64,000 nt of DNA from Phenylobacterium sp. (GCF_025934275.1 NZ_JAICYI010000008.1:5169-69168), one strand, 5' to 3'; numbered from the stretch's first letter, positions 24,974-34,978 are shown. Numbers and translations: made by a program. The notes: generated by a model not told the origin, from the sequence alone.

Positions 24974-26289
24974 CCGCGGATCGCCTTGAGCGCGGCTTCG
25001 AGCGGCAGGGTCTGCCGCTCACCGGTGGCCCGGCGCTTGATCTCTACGACACCGTCGGCGACGCCCTTCGGCCCGACGATCAGCTGCCAGGGAAGGCCGA
25101 CCAGGTCCAACGAGGCGAACTTCGCGCCCGGCCGCTCGTCGCGGTCGTCCAGCAGGGTTTCCTTGCCGGCCGACTGCAGCCCCCGGTAGGCGGCCTCCGC
25201 CGCTTGATCGACGGCCGCCTCGCCTACCCGCAGGTTGACGACGGCGACGTCGAACGGCGCAACGCTGTCCGGCCAGATGATCCCCGCCTCATCGTGGCTC
25301 GCCTCGATGATCGCCCCCATCAATCGCGTGACGCCGACGCCGTAGGAGCCCATCTGCACCGGCCGCTCGACTCCGTCAGGCCCGGCCACGACCGCCTTCA
25401 TCGGCTTCGAGTACTTGTCGCCGAAATAGAAGATGTGGCCGACCTCGATGCCGCGCGCGGTCATCCGCTTGGCCTCGGGCACCTCTTTCTTGAAGCGGGC
25501 CGCATCGTGCATCTCGTCGGAGGCTGCGTACAGGCGGGTGCGCTGGTCGACCAAGGGCTGGAGGTCGCCGTCCCAGTCGATGTCCGGGCCCGGCGCGCCC
25601 ATCTCCACCAGGTCCTGGTGCGCGAACACCTCGCTCTCGCCGGTGTTGGCCAGGATGATGAACTCGTGGCTGAGGTCGCCGCCGATCGGGCCGGCGTCGG
25701 CGCGCACCGGAATCGCCCTCAGCCCCATCCGCGCATAGGTGTTGAGGTAGGCCAGGAACATGCGGTTGTACGACCGCCGGGCCGCGGCTTCGTCGACATC
25801 GAACGAATAGGCGTCCTTCATCAGGAACTCGCGGCCGCGCATCACGCCGAACCGTGGCCGCCGCTCGTCGCGGAACTTCCACTGGATGTTGTAAAGATTC
25901 TTTGGCAAGTCTTTGTAGGATTTCACATAAGCCCGGAAGATTTCGGTGATGACCTCCTCCGCAGTGGGCCCGTACAGCAGGTCCCGCTCGTGGCGGTCCT
26001 TGATGCGCAGCATCTCCTCGCCGTAGTCGTCGTAGCGGCCGCTCTCTCGCCACAGGTCGGCGAGCTGCAGCGTGGGCATCAGCACCTCGATCGCGCCCGC
26101 CCGGTTCATCTCCTCGCGAACGATCTGCTCGACCTTCTTCAGGACCCGAAGGCCGAGGGGCAGGAAGGCGTAGATGCCGGCCGCCTCCTGGCGGATCAGG
26201 CCGGCGCGAAGCATCAGCTGGTGCGAGACGATCTGGGCGTCCGAGGGCGCCTCGCGCAGCGTCGGCATGAAGTAACGCGAAAGGCGCAT
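24970..26289 (-). CDS. proS: Proline--tRNA ligase (short alphaproteobacterial type, no large editing insertion)
   Basis: [51 protein letters not shown]. Confidence 0.96.
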   Translation of the reverse strand: MRLSRYFMPTLREAPSDAQIVSHQLMLRAGLIRQEAAGIYAFLPLGLRVLKKVEQIVREEMNRAGAIEVLMPTLQLADLWRESGRYDDYGEEMLRIKDRHERDLLYGPTAEEVITEIFRAYVKSYKDLPKNLYNIQWKFRDERRPRFGVMRGREFLMKDAYSFDVDEAAARRSYNRMFLAYLNTYARMGLRAIPVRADAGPIGGDLSHEFIILANTGESEVFAHQDLVEMGAPGPDIDWDGDLQPLVDQRTRLYAASDEMHDAARFKKEVPEAKRMTARGIEVGHIFYFGDKYSKPMKAVVAGPDGVERPVQMGSYGVGVTRLMGAIIEASHDEAGIIWPDSVAPFDVAVVNLRVGEAAVDQAAEAAYRGLQSAGKETLLDDRDERPGAKFASLDLVGLPWQLIVGPKGVADGVVEIKRRATGERQTLPLEAALKAIRG

Positions 26290-26363
26290 GCGGCTCCGGT
26301 GGGGCTTGGGCGAGCGGCTCTGATAGCGTCAGGCGACGCGGCTTGGCAACGCGGGCTGCGAGC

Positions 26364-26636
26364 TTAGCGCACCTCGTGCACTTCGCTCGGCAGGCTGGGC
26401 AGATGGATGAGGTGGAAGTGCAGCGCGGTCCAGAACAGCACGCAGATCACCGCGGCGATCCACGTGGTGGTGAGGAACTTGCGCTTCAGCTTCGGATCGA
26501 CCGGCGCGCCGGGATCGCCGCCGTCCCCCTTGTCGATGCCGGCCTCGGCATGGCTGACCACCCCGATCGGGAGGACGGCGAACAACACCGTCCACCAGAC
26601 AGTGAGGTAGATGGCGGCCCAGGTGAACGGACTCAT
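26364..26636 (-). CDS. DUF1467 family small membrane protein
   Basis: YLTVWWTVLFAVLPIGV...GAP..PKLKRKFL.TT; usual mce-DUF1467-proS context. Confidence 0.8.
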   Translation of the reverse strand: MSPFTWAAIYLTVWWTVLFAVLPIGVVSHAEAGIDKGDGGDPGAPVDPKLKRKFLTTTWIAAVICVLFWTALHFHLIHLPSLPSEVHEVR

Positions 26637-27058
26637 CGGTGCGCTCCCTTCGGCGTCTCCATCAGCTCGACGAGCACGCCGCCCATGTCCTTCGGGTGGA
26701 CGAAGATCACCGGCACGCCGTGCGCCCCGATCCGCGGCTTGCCGCCGTTGAGCACCGTCGCGCCCTTGGCGGCGAGATCGTCGCGTGCGGCCTCGATGTC
26801 GACCACCTCAAAACAGACGTGGTGTTGGCCGCCCTTTGGGTTTTTTTCAAGGAAGGCGCGGATCGGCGAGGCCTCGCCATAGGGCTCGATCAGTTCGATC
26901 TGGCTGTTGGGCAGGTTGACGAAGCAGACCCAGACGCCCTGCTCCTCCATGACGAACTTCTCGCCGATCGAGGTCGCACCCAGCATGTCGCGGTAGAGCC
27001 GCACGGAGTCTTCGATCGAGGGCGTGGCCACGCCAACGTGGTTGAGTTTGCCGATCAT
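26633..27058 (-). CDS. mce: Methylmalonyl-CoA epimerase (VOC family)
   Basis: LNHVGVA, IELIEP, GGQHHVCFEV, FVHPKDMGGVLVELME. Confidence 0.92.
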   Translation of the reverse strand: MIGKLNHVGVATPSIEDSVRLYRDMLGATSIGEKFVMEEQGVWVCFVNLPNSQIELIEPYGEASPIRAFLEKNPKGGQHHVCFEVVDIEAARDDLAAKGATVLNGGKPRIGAHGVPVIFVHPKDMGGVLVELMETPKGAHR

Positions 27059-27095
27059 CCAGGCGGTATAGCGCCCGCTGGGCGCGGACGCGAGA

Positions 27096-28163
27096 TCACC
27101 GCGCGGACACGGGCGCCACGAGCCTGCGGGCTCGGGCCCAGACGGCCGCGACCAGTCCGATCGCGGTCAGCGCCCAGGCCGCGAGCGCCACCCAGACCAT
27201 GGTCTCGGCCAGCCTGCGCAGCGGCGCGAACTCTGCGGCGAGCCCGAGCCTGAGGCTCGCGAGCGCATACATGCCGAGCGGGAACACGAGGCTCCAGAGC
27301 ATGGGCGTGTAGGAGAGCGGCACGCGTTTCAGGCCGTGCTTCCAGAGGCCGAAGAGCACGAGCATAGGGATCCACCAGGTCGCCCAGATCCACATGATCA
27401 GCGTCACCCCGTCGATGAAGGGGCGCATGGAGACGAGGAAGGGCACGCCGCTCCTGGTCAGGATGAGCATGGACCCGGCGTTTGTGCTGATGGCGGCGGC
27501 CCCCATCACGACCCAGAGCAGCGGGGTCACGTCTTCGGGGCCCACCTCGAAGAAGAAGATCCGGTAGCAGAACAGCGTAATGAAGATGCCGTAGAACGCG
27601 AGGCCCACGCCCCACAACATATGGATCAGCACGAACAGGCTGGGCGCGAGCGCCCCCTGCTCCGGGATGATCCGCGCGCCGAGGATCACCAGGCTCTGGG
27701 TGCCCACGATGGCGATCAGCCAGCCGCCGTGCACCACGTTCGCGCCTTGGGCGGTGTTGCGGAAGGTGAGGACGCCGAAGCTGACGTAGACCAGCAGGGT
27801 CCAGACGACGAGCGCGAACACCCAGAGCGCCGCCGCGGCGCCCGCGTAACCCCTGAGATCGAGCCCCACGCCGAACACGTCGGAGGCCGCCACCAGTGTG
27901 AAGAAGGCGAACACCAGGCGGGGATTGACAAGGTCGGCCCAGAGCTTCGGCCAGTGGCGGACCAGGCGGACGGCCATGAGCGCGCAAAGCGACGGATAGG
28001 CGGCGAGGACCACCGCGAACAGCGCCCTCGAGAGGACGGCGAATCCCTCCAGCCAAAGCGTGTTGGATATGATACCGGTCGCCATGACCAGGGCGAAGGA
28101 GCCCGGGTACAGGTCGGCCGCCTCCCGATCCAGCCAGCCGGCCAGTCCGACCCGGCCGCTCAA
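27096..28163 (-). CDS. TDT/SLAC1 family (tellurite-resistance/C4-dicarboxylate) transporter
   Basis: PGSFALVMATGI, WVVMGAAAIST, WSLVFPLGMY; about 10 TM segments. Start re-called to TTG 28163 overlapping the upstream stop. Confidence 0.82.
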   Translation of the reverse strand: MSGRVGLAGWLDREAADLYPGSFALVMATGIISNTLWLEGFAVLSRALFAVVLAAYPSLCALMAVRLVRHWPKLWADLVNPRLVFAFFTLVAASDVFGVGLDLRGYAGAAAALWVFALVVWTLLVYVSFGVLTFRNTAQGANVVHGGWLIAIVGTQSLVILGARIIPEQGALAPSLFVLIHMLWGVGLAFYGIFITLFCYRIFFFEVGPEDVTPLLWVVMGAAAISTNAGSMLILTRSGVPFLVSMRPFIDGVTLIMWIWATWWIPMLVLFGLWKHGLKRVPLSYTPMLWSLVFPLGMYALASLRLGLAAEFAPLRRLAETMVWVALAAWALTAIGLVAAVWARARRLVAPVSAR

Positions 28164-30427
28164 GCCGACTCCAGGGGCGCCGGCGTGCGGGCTTCGAACA
28201 CCGCGCCGGACGCGATCAGCGCCTCGATGCGCTCCCGGCCGAGGCCGAAATCCTGCAGCACCTCGCGGCTGTGCTGGCCGAGGTCCGGCGTCGGCAGTCT
28301 GTAGCCCGCCGGCGTGCGGGCGAACTCGGAGAAGGCCTTGACCCCGATGAGCGGCCCTAGGCGCGGATGCTCCCAGTGCTGGAAGAAGCCGTTTTCCCAG
28401 AGCCAATCATCCTGCAGGGCTTCGGCCGTGCGCAGGGCCGGGGCGGCCGGAACGCCGGCCGCGAGAAGCGCGCTGAGCGTCTCCTCCCGCGGGCGGGCGG
28501 CGAAGGCGGCCGCCCGCTTCCCGGCGAGCTCGCCCTCGCGGGCGGCCGTCAGCGCCGCGGCCGGGTCGCCGACGTCGACGTCCAGCACGCGGGCGAGCGC
28601 ACGGGCCTCGTCCGCCGCCCCGCAGGCGATGCCGATCCAGCCGTCCGCGCAGGCGTAGTAGCGCTCGAGCGCGCTCGCGCCGATGCAGTCGATCTCGCCG
28701 GGTGTGTTCGGCGGCCGCCCGGGATAGGTCGTCACCTCCTGCAGCTGGAAGAGCAGGCTCGAGGCCATCAGGCTGGTGAGGATCTCCTGGCCCTCGCCGG
28801 TCCGCTCGCGGGCGTTGAGCGCCGCGATCACCGCGGCCGCCACCGAACCCGCGGTCGCGACGTCATTCACCGGGATGGTGATGAGCGTTGGATGGTCGGC
28901 GCCGCTCTGGCCCGACTGCATCCCGCCCTCCGACTGCAGAAGCGGATCGAATCCCGGCCGCGCGGCCCGCGGCCCCGTGTCCCCATAGGCGTTGATCGAG
29001 CAGGAGATGATGCGTGGATTGATCGCCTTAAGGGCCGGATAGTCAATGCCGAGGCGTGTGCGCACGCCCAGCCGATAGTTGTCGATCACCACGTCGGATT
29101 GCTTGGCGAGCTCGAGGAAGACGGCCCGGGCGTCCGCCTGCTTCAGGTCGAGGCCGAGACCCCGGCAGCCACGGTTGTAGGCCAGGAAGCCGACGCCGTC
29201 AGAGCGGAACGGATCGCCCTCCGGCCCCTCGATCTTGACCACCTCGGCGCCGAAGTTGGCGAGGATCGTCCCCGCGTACGCGCCGGCGATCACCGTGCCC
29301 AGGTTGAGCACCCGGACGCCGGCCAGCGGCGCCGCGGCGCCGCCCTTCCCACGGCTGGCCGCCCGCGGCTCCCACCGCGGCGGCGCGGAGATGGTCTCGG
29401 CCAGGCCCCTCACCCTGGCCGGCGTCGCTGACAGCCGGGCGGGCGGCGCGGGCATGGCGACCTCGCCGAGCGCGGGATGCTGGAAGGTGAGCCGGAGTCC
29501 CGCCTCGCGCACCGTCTCGCTGGCGAACCAGTCCTCGCGGTCGACCACCGGGGCGCAGGGGACGTCGTTGGCGTGCAGCAGCTCCAGCCACTCCTGCCGC
29601 GGCCGCGTCGCGAAGATCTCTGTCAGCAGATCGCGCGCGGCGACCATGTCGATCTCCATGGCCTCGAAGACGTCGCCGAGCCCCAGGGTCTCGAACGCCT
29701 TGCGATAGAAGTTCGTGAACAGCGTGCCCAGAAAGAACCACTGGCCGTCGGCGCATTGGTAGAGCCGGTAGCGGGGATTGGCGCCCGGAGGCACGCCGCG
29801 CGGCAAGGGCGCCTGCCGCTCCGCGCGGGAGATCCCGGAGACCTCTGCGGCGCCGTTCAGGCCGCTGACCGTCACCGCCTGGCCTTGCCCGCTGCGGGCG
29901 CGCTCCAGCAGCGCCGAGCCGATCGCCGACGCGCCCATCACCGCCTGGCCATACCCGAGCAGCGGCTGGATCAGGTGCACCGGCTGGTCGGCGTAGGCGC
30001 CCTGCCGGAAGGCCGCCGAGATGAGCCCGGTCAGGAGGTTGTGGTGCGCCGGAAGCCCGCTCCAGGCGCCGCTCGTCCCGTAGGGCGGCATCCAGACGTG
30101 GATAAGCGCCGGGTGGGCGGCGGTCAGGGTCTCGGCGTCGAGGCCGAGCGGTGCGAGCACGCCGGGGGCATGGTCGAACATCGCCACGTCGGCCCCGGCG
30201 ATCAGCTGCTTGGCGATCTTCAGCTCCGCCGGCGCGCTCAGATCCAGCGTCAGGACCTGCTTGTTGCGGTTGAAGGCGAGGTAGCCCGGATGGTCCTTGT
30301 AGCGGTCGCCGCCCGGCGGCTCGATCTTGACGATCTCCGCCGCGTAGTCGCCGAGCAGCATGGCGGCCATCGGCCCGGCGACGCCTTGGCTGAAGTCCGC
30401 GACACGGACGCCCAAATAAGCGGTCAC
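28160..30427 (-). CDS. Tandem (two-domain) class III CoA-transferase, CaiB/BaiF family
   Basis: Two repeats of GVRV.D/NL...AG......L..fGAEVVKIE..GD and NR.K/C..L.LDL in one 755 aa chain. Confidence 0.9.
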   Translation of the reverse strand: MTAYLGVRVADFSQGVAGPMAAMLLGDYAAEIVKIEPPGGDRYKDHPGYLAFNRNKQVLTLDLSAPAELKIAKQLIAGADVAMFDHAPGVLAPLGLDAETLTAAHPALIHVWMPPYGTSGAWSGLPAHHNLLTGLISAAFRQGAYADQPVHLIQPLLGYGQAVMGASAIGSALLERARSGQGQAVTVSGLNGAAEVSGISRAERQAPLPRGVPPGANPRYRLYQCADGQWFFLGTLFTNFYRKAFETLGLGDVFEAMEIDMVAARDLLTEIFATRPRQEWLELLHANDVPCAPVVDREDWFASETVREAGLRLTFQHPALGEVAMPAPPARLSATPARVRGLAETISAPPRWEPRAASRGKGGAAAPLAGVRVLNLGTVIAGAYAGTILANFGAEVVKIEGPEGDPFRSDGVGFLAYNRGCRGLGLDLKQADARAVFLELAKQSDVVIDNYRLGVRTRLGIDYPALKAINPRIISCSINAYGDTGPRAARPGFDPLLQSEGGMQSGQSGADHPTLITIPVNDVATAGSVAAAVIAALNARERTGEGQEILTSLMASSLLFQLQEVTTYPGRPPNTPGEIDCIGASALERYYACADGWIGIACGAADEARALARVLDVDVGDPAAALTAAREGELAGKRAAAFAARPREETLSALLAAGVPAAPALRTAEALQDDWLWENGFFQHWEHPRLGPLIGVKAFSEFARTPAGYRLPTPDLGQHSREVLQDFGLGRERIEALIASGAVFEARTPAPLESA

Positions 30428-30647
30428 TGAACGCTCCTCCTCGCGTGCGGCGCGATTCCCGCGTCTCGCCCACCCATCAAAACCCGCACGCCCGCGCTCG
30501 GCAAGCTGCGGCGCCTATGGGCGGCGCCATTCGTCGAGCCCCCCGAAGCGCGCCGGCGCCGCCGGGCGACCACGTGACCGAGAATTAAGGTGAACACCGG
30601 CCGCAGCGGGCCTAGCTTCGCCGGCGTCGATCTCGGGGTGAACCGAT

Positions 30648-31508
30648 ATGTCTCTTCGCGTCTGGCGCGCAGCCGCATTCGGCGCGTGCATGCTGGTCTG
30701 CGTCCCGGCCGTCGCCGCGCCCTCCCAGGCGGCGCGGATCGCCCGCATCGAAAAGGACCTCGGTCCCGTCGGCATGATCGACAGCACCTACCAGCAGCCC
30801 CCGCCGGCCACCCGGCAGCCGCAGCTCGCGACGGGCTACCTGCGGACAGGTCAGGCTGTGGAGGGCCGCTACCACACCTACCCCGAAATGGCCGCGGCGG
30901 GGCTCTGGACCACACCCACGGACCTCGCCAAGTGGGCGATCGCGCTGGAGCGCGCCCACAACGGCGAGACGAGCCCGCTGATGTCCCAGGCGAGCGCCAA
31001 GACGATGCTGACGCCCGGTCTCGGCCATTGGGGGATCGGCGTCGAGGTCGAGGGCCAAGGGGACGACCTGCGGTTCACACACGGCGGCGACGACTGGGGA
31101 TTCAAGGCGAACCTGGTCGCCTGGCCGAAGGGTGAGCGGGCGATCGTCGGCATGGCCAACGGCGATGCCGGAATGCAGGTGGTCATGGAGCTGATGCAGG
31201 CCGTCGCGCGGGAGTACGGCTGGTCGGGCTGGTCGCCGCAGATCATCGATGCGGTCGCCCTCAGCCCGGCGCAGATGTCCGACTATGCGGGGAGCTATGG
31301 CAAAGGACTCGCCAAGGTCGCCGTCGACGGCGGGAGCCTGGAGGTCAGCTACGGCGGCGTCACCGTGGAGCTCATCGCTCTCGGCGGCGACAAGTTCCTC
31401 GCGGACAACGACGGCGACACCATTCCGGTGAGCTTCATCCGCGGCTCCGACGGCAAGGTGTCCGGATTGTCGGCCCTGGGCGTTCCAATGATTCCGCACG
31501 ATCCCTAG
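30648..31508 (+). pseudogene. Beta-lactamase/AmpC-like serine hydrolase with large internal in-frame deletion (pseudogene or pseudoenzyme)
   Basis: Signal peptide, then only the C-terminal part of the fold (GM.DSTYQQP, YPEMAAAGLWTTPTDLA, FTHGG) plus a C-terminal beta domain; no SxxK motif in the 286 aa. Confidence 0.7.
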
Positions 31509-31586
31509 AACCCGATGCGATCAGCGACCGCCGGACGTCGAATCGCGCTCTGAAATCAAGCCGTCGGAGCGCCTTGCGGGCCCGCC

Positions 31587-33269
31587 CTAGATGCGCAGCA
31601 CGGTGGTCTCGACGACGGGACGGCGCCCCCAGATGCGCTGGCTGGCCTTCTTCACGGCGCGGGAAAGCGCCGTCTCCACGGTCTCGTCCAGGCCGCGGTC
31701 CTGACCGGAGAGCCGGTTCAGCGCCGTCTCGGCCTCCTCGGCCAGGTCGTCCAGCACCTCGTCCAGCGGATAATCCGCATCGGTCGGCAGGCCGAGCGCG
31801 CGCACCTGCGGACCCGAGGCGATGCGCCCCTTGCGGTCCAGCACCACAGCGATCGAAACCACGCCGTTGAACGCCGCGTGGCGGCGCTCGCGCAGCGCCT
31901 CGCCGTTCTCGGGCGTCAGCACGCCGGCGTCGACATAGAGGCGGCCCGCCGGCGTCTCGTCGACGACCTCGGCCCGGCCGGGCGCGAGCCGCACCATGTC
32001 GCCGTTGCGCGGGGCGAGTTGCTGCGGGACCTGCAGATCGCGGGCGAAGGCGCAGTGCTCCAGCAGGTGGCGCCGTTCGCCGTGGGTGGGCACGGCGATC
32101 TGCGGCCGCGCCCAATGGTACATGTCGGCGAGCTCGTCGCGGCAGGGGTGGCCCGAGACGTGGATGCCCGGATGGTCGCGCTCGGTGTAGAGCCGCACGC
32201 CGCGGTCGGCGAGCTTGTTCTGCAGGTTGCGGATGGGGATCTCGTTGCCGGGAATGATCCGCGAGGAAAAGACCGCCGCATCGCCCTGGCCCAGCGTCAC
32301 GTGCGGATGGGTGCCGTCGGCGATCCGGGCCAAGGCGGCGCGCGGCTCCCCCTGGCTTCCGGTGCAGAGATAGAGGATCGCCTCGGACGGCAGATAGCCG
32401 GCCTCGTTCTCCTCCAGGAACGGCTGCAGGTCCGCCATCAGGCCCACCGATTTGGCGGCGGCCGCCATCCGGCGCATGGAGCGTCCCACCAGGCAGACGC
32501 GCCGGCCGGCGGCTTCGGCGGCGCGGCAGACGCTGTCCATCCGCGCCACGTTGGAGGCGAAGCAGGCGACAGCGACCTTGCCCTTCAGCCCTGCTATCAG
32601 CGGCATCAGGGTCCCGCGCACCGCCGCCTCCGAGCCGGCGCGGCCATCGACGAAGACGTTGGTCGAGTCGCAGACCATGGCCAGCACGCCCTGATCGCCC
32701 AGCCTGCGGATCGCCGCCACGTCGGTAGGTCCGCCGAGCAGCGGATCGGGATCGATCTTCCAGTCGCCGGTGTGCAGCACGGTCCCGAGCGGCGTCTTGA
32801 TCGCCAGGCCGTTCGGCTCCGGGATTGAGTGGGTGAGCGTGATCAGCTCGAGATGGAATGGCCCCAGGTCGATCGTCCCGCCCAGCGGCACCTCGATGAT
32901 CTCGACTTCGTCGAGCAGGTCGGCCTCGCGCAGCTTCTCGCGCAGCACGAAGGCGGTGAACGGGGTGGCGTAGATCGGCGCCTTCATCCGCGGCCAGAGC
33001 CAGGCCACCGCGCCGATGTGGTCCTCATGGGCGTGGGTCAGCACGATGCCGAGGATCCGATGGGCGTAGTCCTCGATGTAGGTCGGGTCGGGAAGGATCA
33101 CCTCGACGCCCGGCGTCGACTGGTCGCCGAACGTCACCCCCAGGTCGACCACGATCCAGCGACGGTCGTGCGGCGGCCCATAGCCGTAGAGGTTGAAGTT
33201 CATGCCGATCTCGTTCGACCCGCCGAGCGGCAGGAAGACGAGCTCGTCATCGGCTCCGTCAGCGGCCAT
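31587..33269 (-). CDS. rnj: Ribonuclease J
   Basis: LPLGGSNEIGMN, THAHEDHIGA, HTGDWK, GSQGEP, HVSGH. Start re-called to ATG 33269 overlapping the coaX stop. Confidence 0.95.
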   Translation of the reverse strand: MAADGADDELVFLPLGGSNEIGMNFNLYGYGPPHDRRWIVVDLGVTFGDQSTPGVEVILPDPTYIEDYAHRILGIVLTHAHEDHIGAVAWLWPRMKAPIYATPFTAFVLREKLREADLLDEVEIIEVPLGGTIDLGPFHLELITLTHSIPEPNGLAIKTPLGTVLHTGDWKIDPDPLLGGPTDVAAIRRLGDQGVLAMVCDSTNVFVDGRAGSEAAVRGTLMPLIAGLKGKVAVACFASNVARMDSVCRAAEAAGRRVCLVGRSMRRMAAAAKSVGLMADLQPFLEENEAGYLPSEAILYLCTGSQGEPRAALARIADGTHPHVTLGQGDAAVFSSRIIPGNEIPIRNLQNKLADRGVRLYTERDHPGIHVSGHPCRDELADMYHWARPQIAVPTHGERRHLLEHCAFARDLQVPQQLAPRNGDMVRLAPGRAEVVDETPAGRLYVDAGVLTPENGEALRERRHAAFNGVVSIAVVLDRKGRIASGPQVRALGLPTDADYPLDEVLDDLAEEAETALNRLSGQDRGLDETVETALSRAVKKASQRIWGRRPVVETTVLRI

Positions 33270-34042
33270 CAGCTCCGGCCCTGGTTGCGTCGCCAGATCT
33301 CCAGCAGCCCGCGGATGGTGAGGTCCGGATCGAAGTGGTCGACGCTCAGCGTCGCCCCGTGGAACAGCGAGGCGATGCCGCCGGTCGCCACCACCGTGAG
33401 CGGGGCGCCCCGCTCGGCCTTGATCCGCGCGGTCAGGCCCTCGATCATCGCGATGTAGCCCCAGAACACGCCCGACTGCATGGCGCCCACGGTGTCGGTC
33501 CCCACCACCCGCTGCGGCTTCTGGATCGCGACCCGCGGGAGCTTGGCCGCCGCGGTGTGCAACGCCTCCATCGACAGGTTGATCCCGGGCGCGATCACGC
33601 CGCCCTCGAAGGCCCCGTCCGCAGCCACCACGTCGAAGGTGGTGGCGGTGCCGCTGTCGATGACGATCAGGTCGCCGGGATAGGCGGCGTGCGCGCCGAT
33701 GGCGTTCACCAGCCGGTCGGCGCCGGCTTCCGAGGGCTTGTCGATGCGGATGTCGATGCCGAGCTCGGCGTTCTCTCCGATGACCAGCGGCTCCACGTGC
33801 AGGTAGCGCCGCGAGAGGTTCCTCAGGTTGAAGATCGATTGCGGCACGACCGATGAAATGATGCAGCCGTCGAACACCCCAAGCTGCAGCCCGGCCATGT
33901 TGAGCAGTTGCGAGAGCCAGACGGCGTATTCGTCGGCGGTGCGGGCGCTCTCGGTCGCCGTGCGCCACTGGGCCGACCAGCTCGTCCCGTCGTGCACGGC
34001 GAAGAGCGTGTTGGTGTTGCCCTGCTCGATCGCCAGCAGCAT
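33269..34042 (-). CDS. coaX: Type III pantothenate kinase
   Basis: [34 protein letters not shown]. Confidence 0.93.
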   Translation of the reverse strand: MLLAIEQGNTNTLFAVHDGTSWSAQWRTATESARTADEYAVWLSQLLNMAGLQLGVFDGCIISSVVPQSIFNLRNLSRRYLHVEPLVIGENAELGIDIRIDKPSEAGADRLVNAIGAHAAYPGDLIVIDSGTATTFDVVAADGAFEGGVIAPGINLSMEALHTAAAKLPRVAIQKPQRVVGTDTVGAMQSGVFWGYIAMIEGLTARIKAERGAPLTVVATGGIASLFHGATLSVDHFDPDLTIRGLLEIWRRNQGRS

Positions 34043-34045
34043 GCC

Positions 34046-34786
34046 TCAGGCTCCCCCGAAGAAGACGTCGCCTGCGGTTATCCGCTCGAGGCCGCCGTCG
34101 TCCAGCCGCAGCCTGAGCGCGCCGTCCGGATCGAGCCCCTCGGCGACGCCGGCCAGCGTGCGGTTCGGCAACCGCGCCTCGCAGGGCTGGCCGATGCCGA
34201 GCGCGCGCAGGCTCCAGGCGCGGGCGATCGGCGCGAACCCTTGCCTCGCCCAGGCCTCGCGCCAGGACTCGAAGCGCGTGGCCAGCACCTCCAGCGCCGC
34301 CAGCGGCTCGGGCGGCCGGCCTGGCATATGCTCGGCGTAGGCGGTGGCCGGACGCTCCACGTTCGGCGGCGCATGCGCGAGGTTCACCCCGATACCTACC
34401 GCCAGCCACAGGCGTCCGTCCGGCCGGGCGCCGGATTCCACCAGGATGCCGGTGCACTTCCGGCCGTGGATCATGACGTCGTTGGGCCACTTCAGTCGCG
34501 CGATCGCGGGCCCCAGGCAGGCGTCCGCGAGCTCGGCGGCGGCGAGCGCGGCCACGAAGGAGACCTGCGCGGCCTCGACCGGTGGCGCATCGGTGGTCAT
34601 GAGCAGGGTGGCCGCGAGGTTGCCCCGCGCCGTCGACCAGCTGCGCCCGCGCCGTCCGCGCCCGGCGGTCTGCACCGCGGCGGTGATCCACACGGGCCCG
34701 GCTTCCCCGACCTCCGCCCGCCGTCGCGCCTCGGCGTTGGTCGAGTCGATCTCGTCGTAGGCTTCGATCGGCGGGTGCGGGGTCAT
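34046..34786 (-). CDS. birA: Biotin--[acetyl-CoA-carboxylase] ligase (no HTH)
   Basis: DSTN, QTAGRGRRGRSW, LKWPND, K..GIL, VGIGVN. Start re-called to ATG 34786. Confidence 0.93.
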   Translation of the reverse strand: MTPHPPIEAYDEIDSTNAEARRRAEVGEAGPVWITAAVQTAGRGRRGRSWSTARGNLAATLLMTTDAPPVEAAQVSFVAALAAAELADACLGPAIARLKWPNDVMIHGRKCTGILVESGARPDGRLWLAVGIGVNLAHAPPNVERPATAYAEHMPGRPPEPLAALEVLATRFESWREAWARQGFAPIARAWSLRALGIGQPCEARLPNRTLAGVAEGLDPDGALRLRLDDGGLERITAGDVFFGGA

Positions 34787-34792
34787 GAGACG

Positions 34793-34971
34793 GACCACAG
34801 AACACACGGAAAAAGAGCAACCACGGGTTTCACGGATTGGCGTCGCGGCGGTGGCGTCGAAGGTCCGCCAGGATCAGACGCTTGAGGACTGACTCGCTCG
34901 CTGGGGCTCGCGGCGGGCGGTTCGAACCGGCGCGAAGCGCCAATTCCGTGTGTTCCGTGCGTTCCGTGGTT
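34793..34971. repeat. Non-coding element with imperfect terminal inverted repeats built from 9-bp CACGGA-containing units
   Basis: Left: GACCACAGAACACACGGAA (34793-34811) and AACCACGGGTTTCACGGAT (34819-34837). Right: TTCCGTGTGTTCCGTGCGTTCCGTGGTT (34944-34971). Confidence 0.75.
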
Positions 34972-34978
34972 CTCTTCC

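Noticed and set aside
24970-26289. ProRS lacking the INS editing domain
   Set aside because: Normal for the short alphaproteobacterial ProRS type.
31587-34820. Apparent 1077 aa protein with an RNase J C-terminus (possible fusion)
   Set aside because: The upstream part is an off-frame read of birA and coaX; RNase J starts at ATG 33269.
34793-34971. CRISPR-like array interpretation of the CACGGA repeats
   Set aside because: Units are 9 bp, adjacent and inverted between arms, with no spacers and no cas genes.
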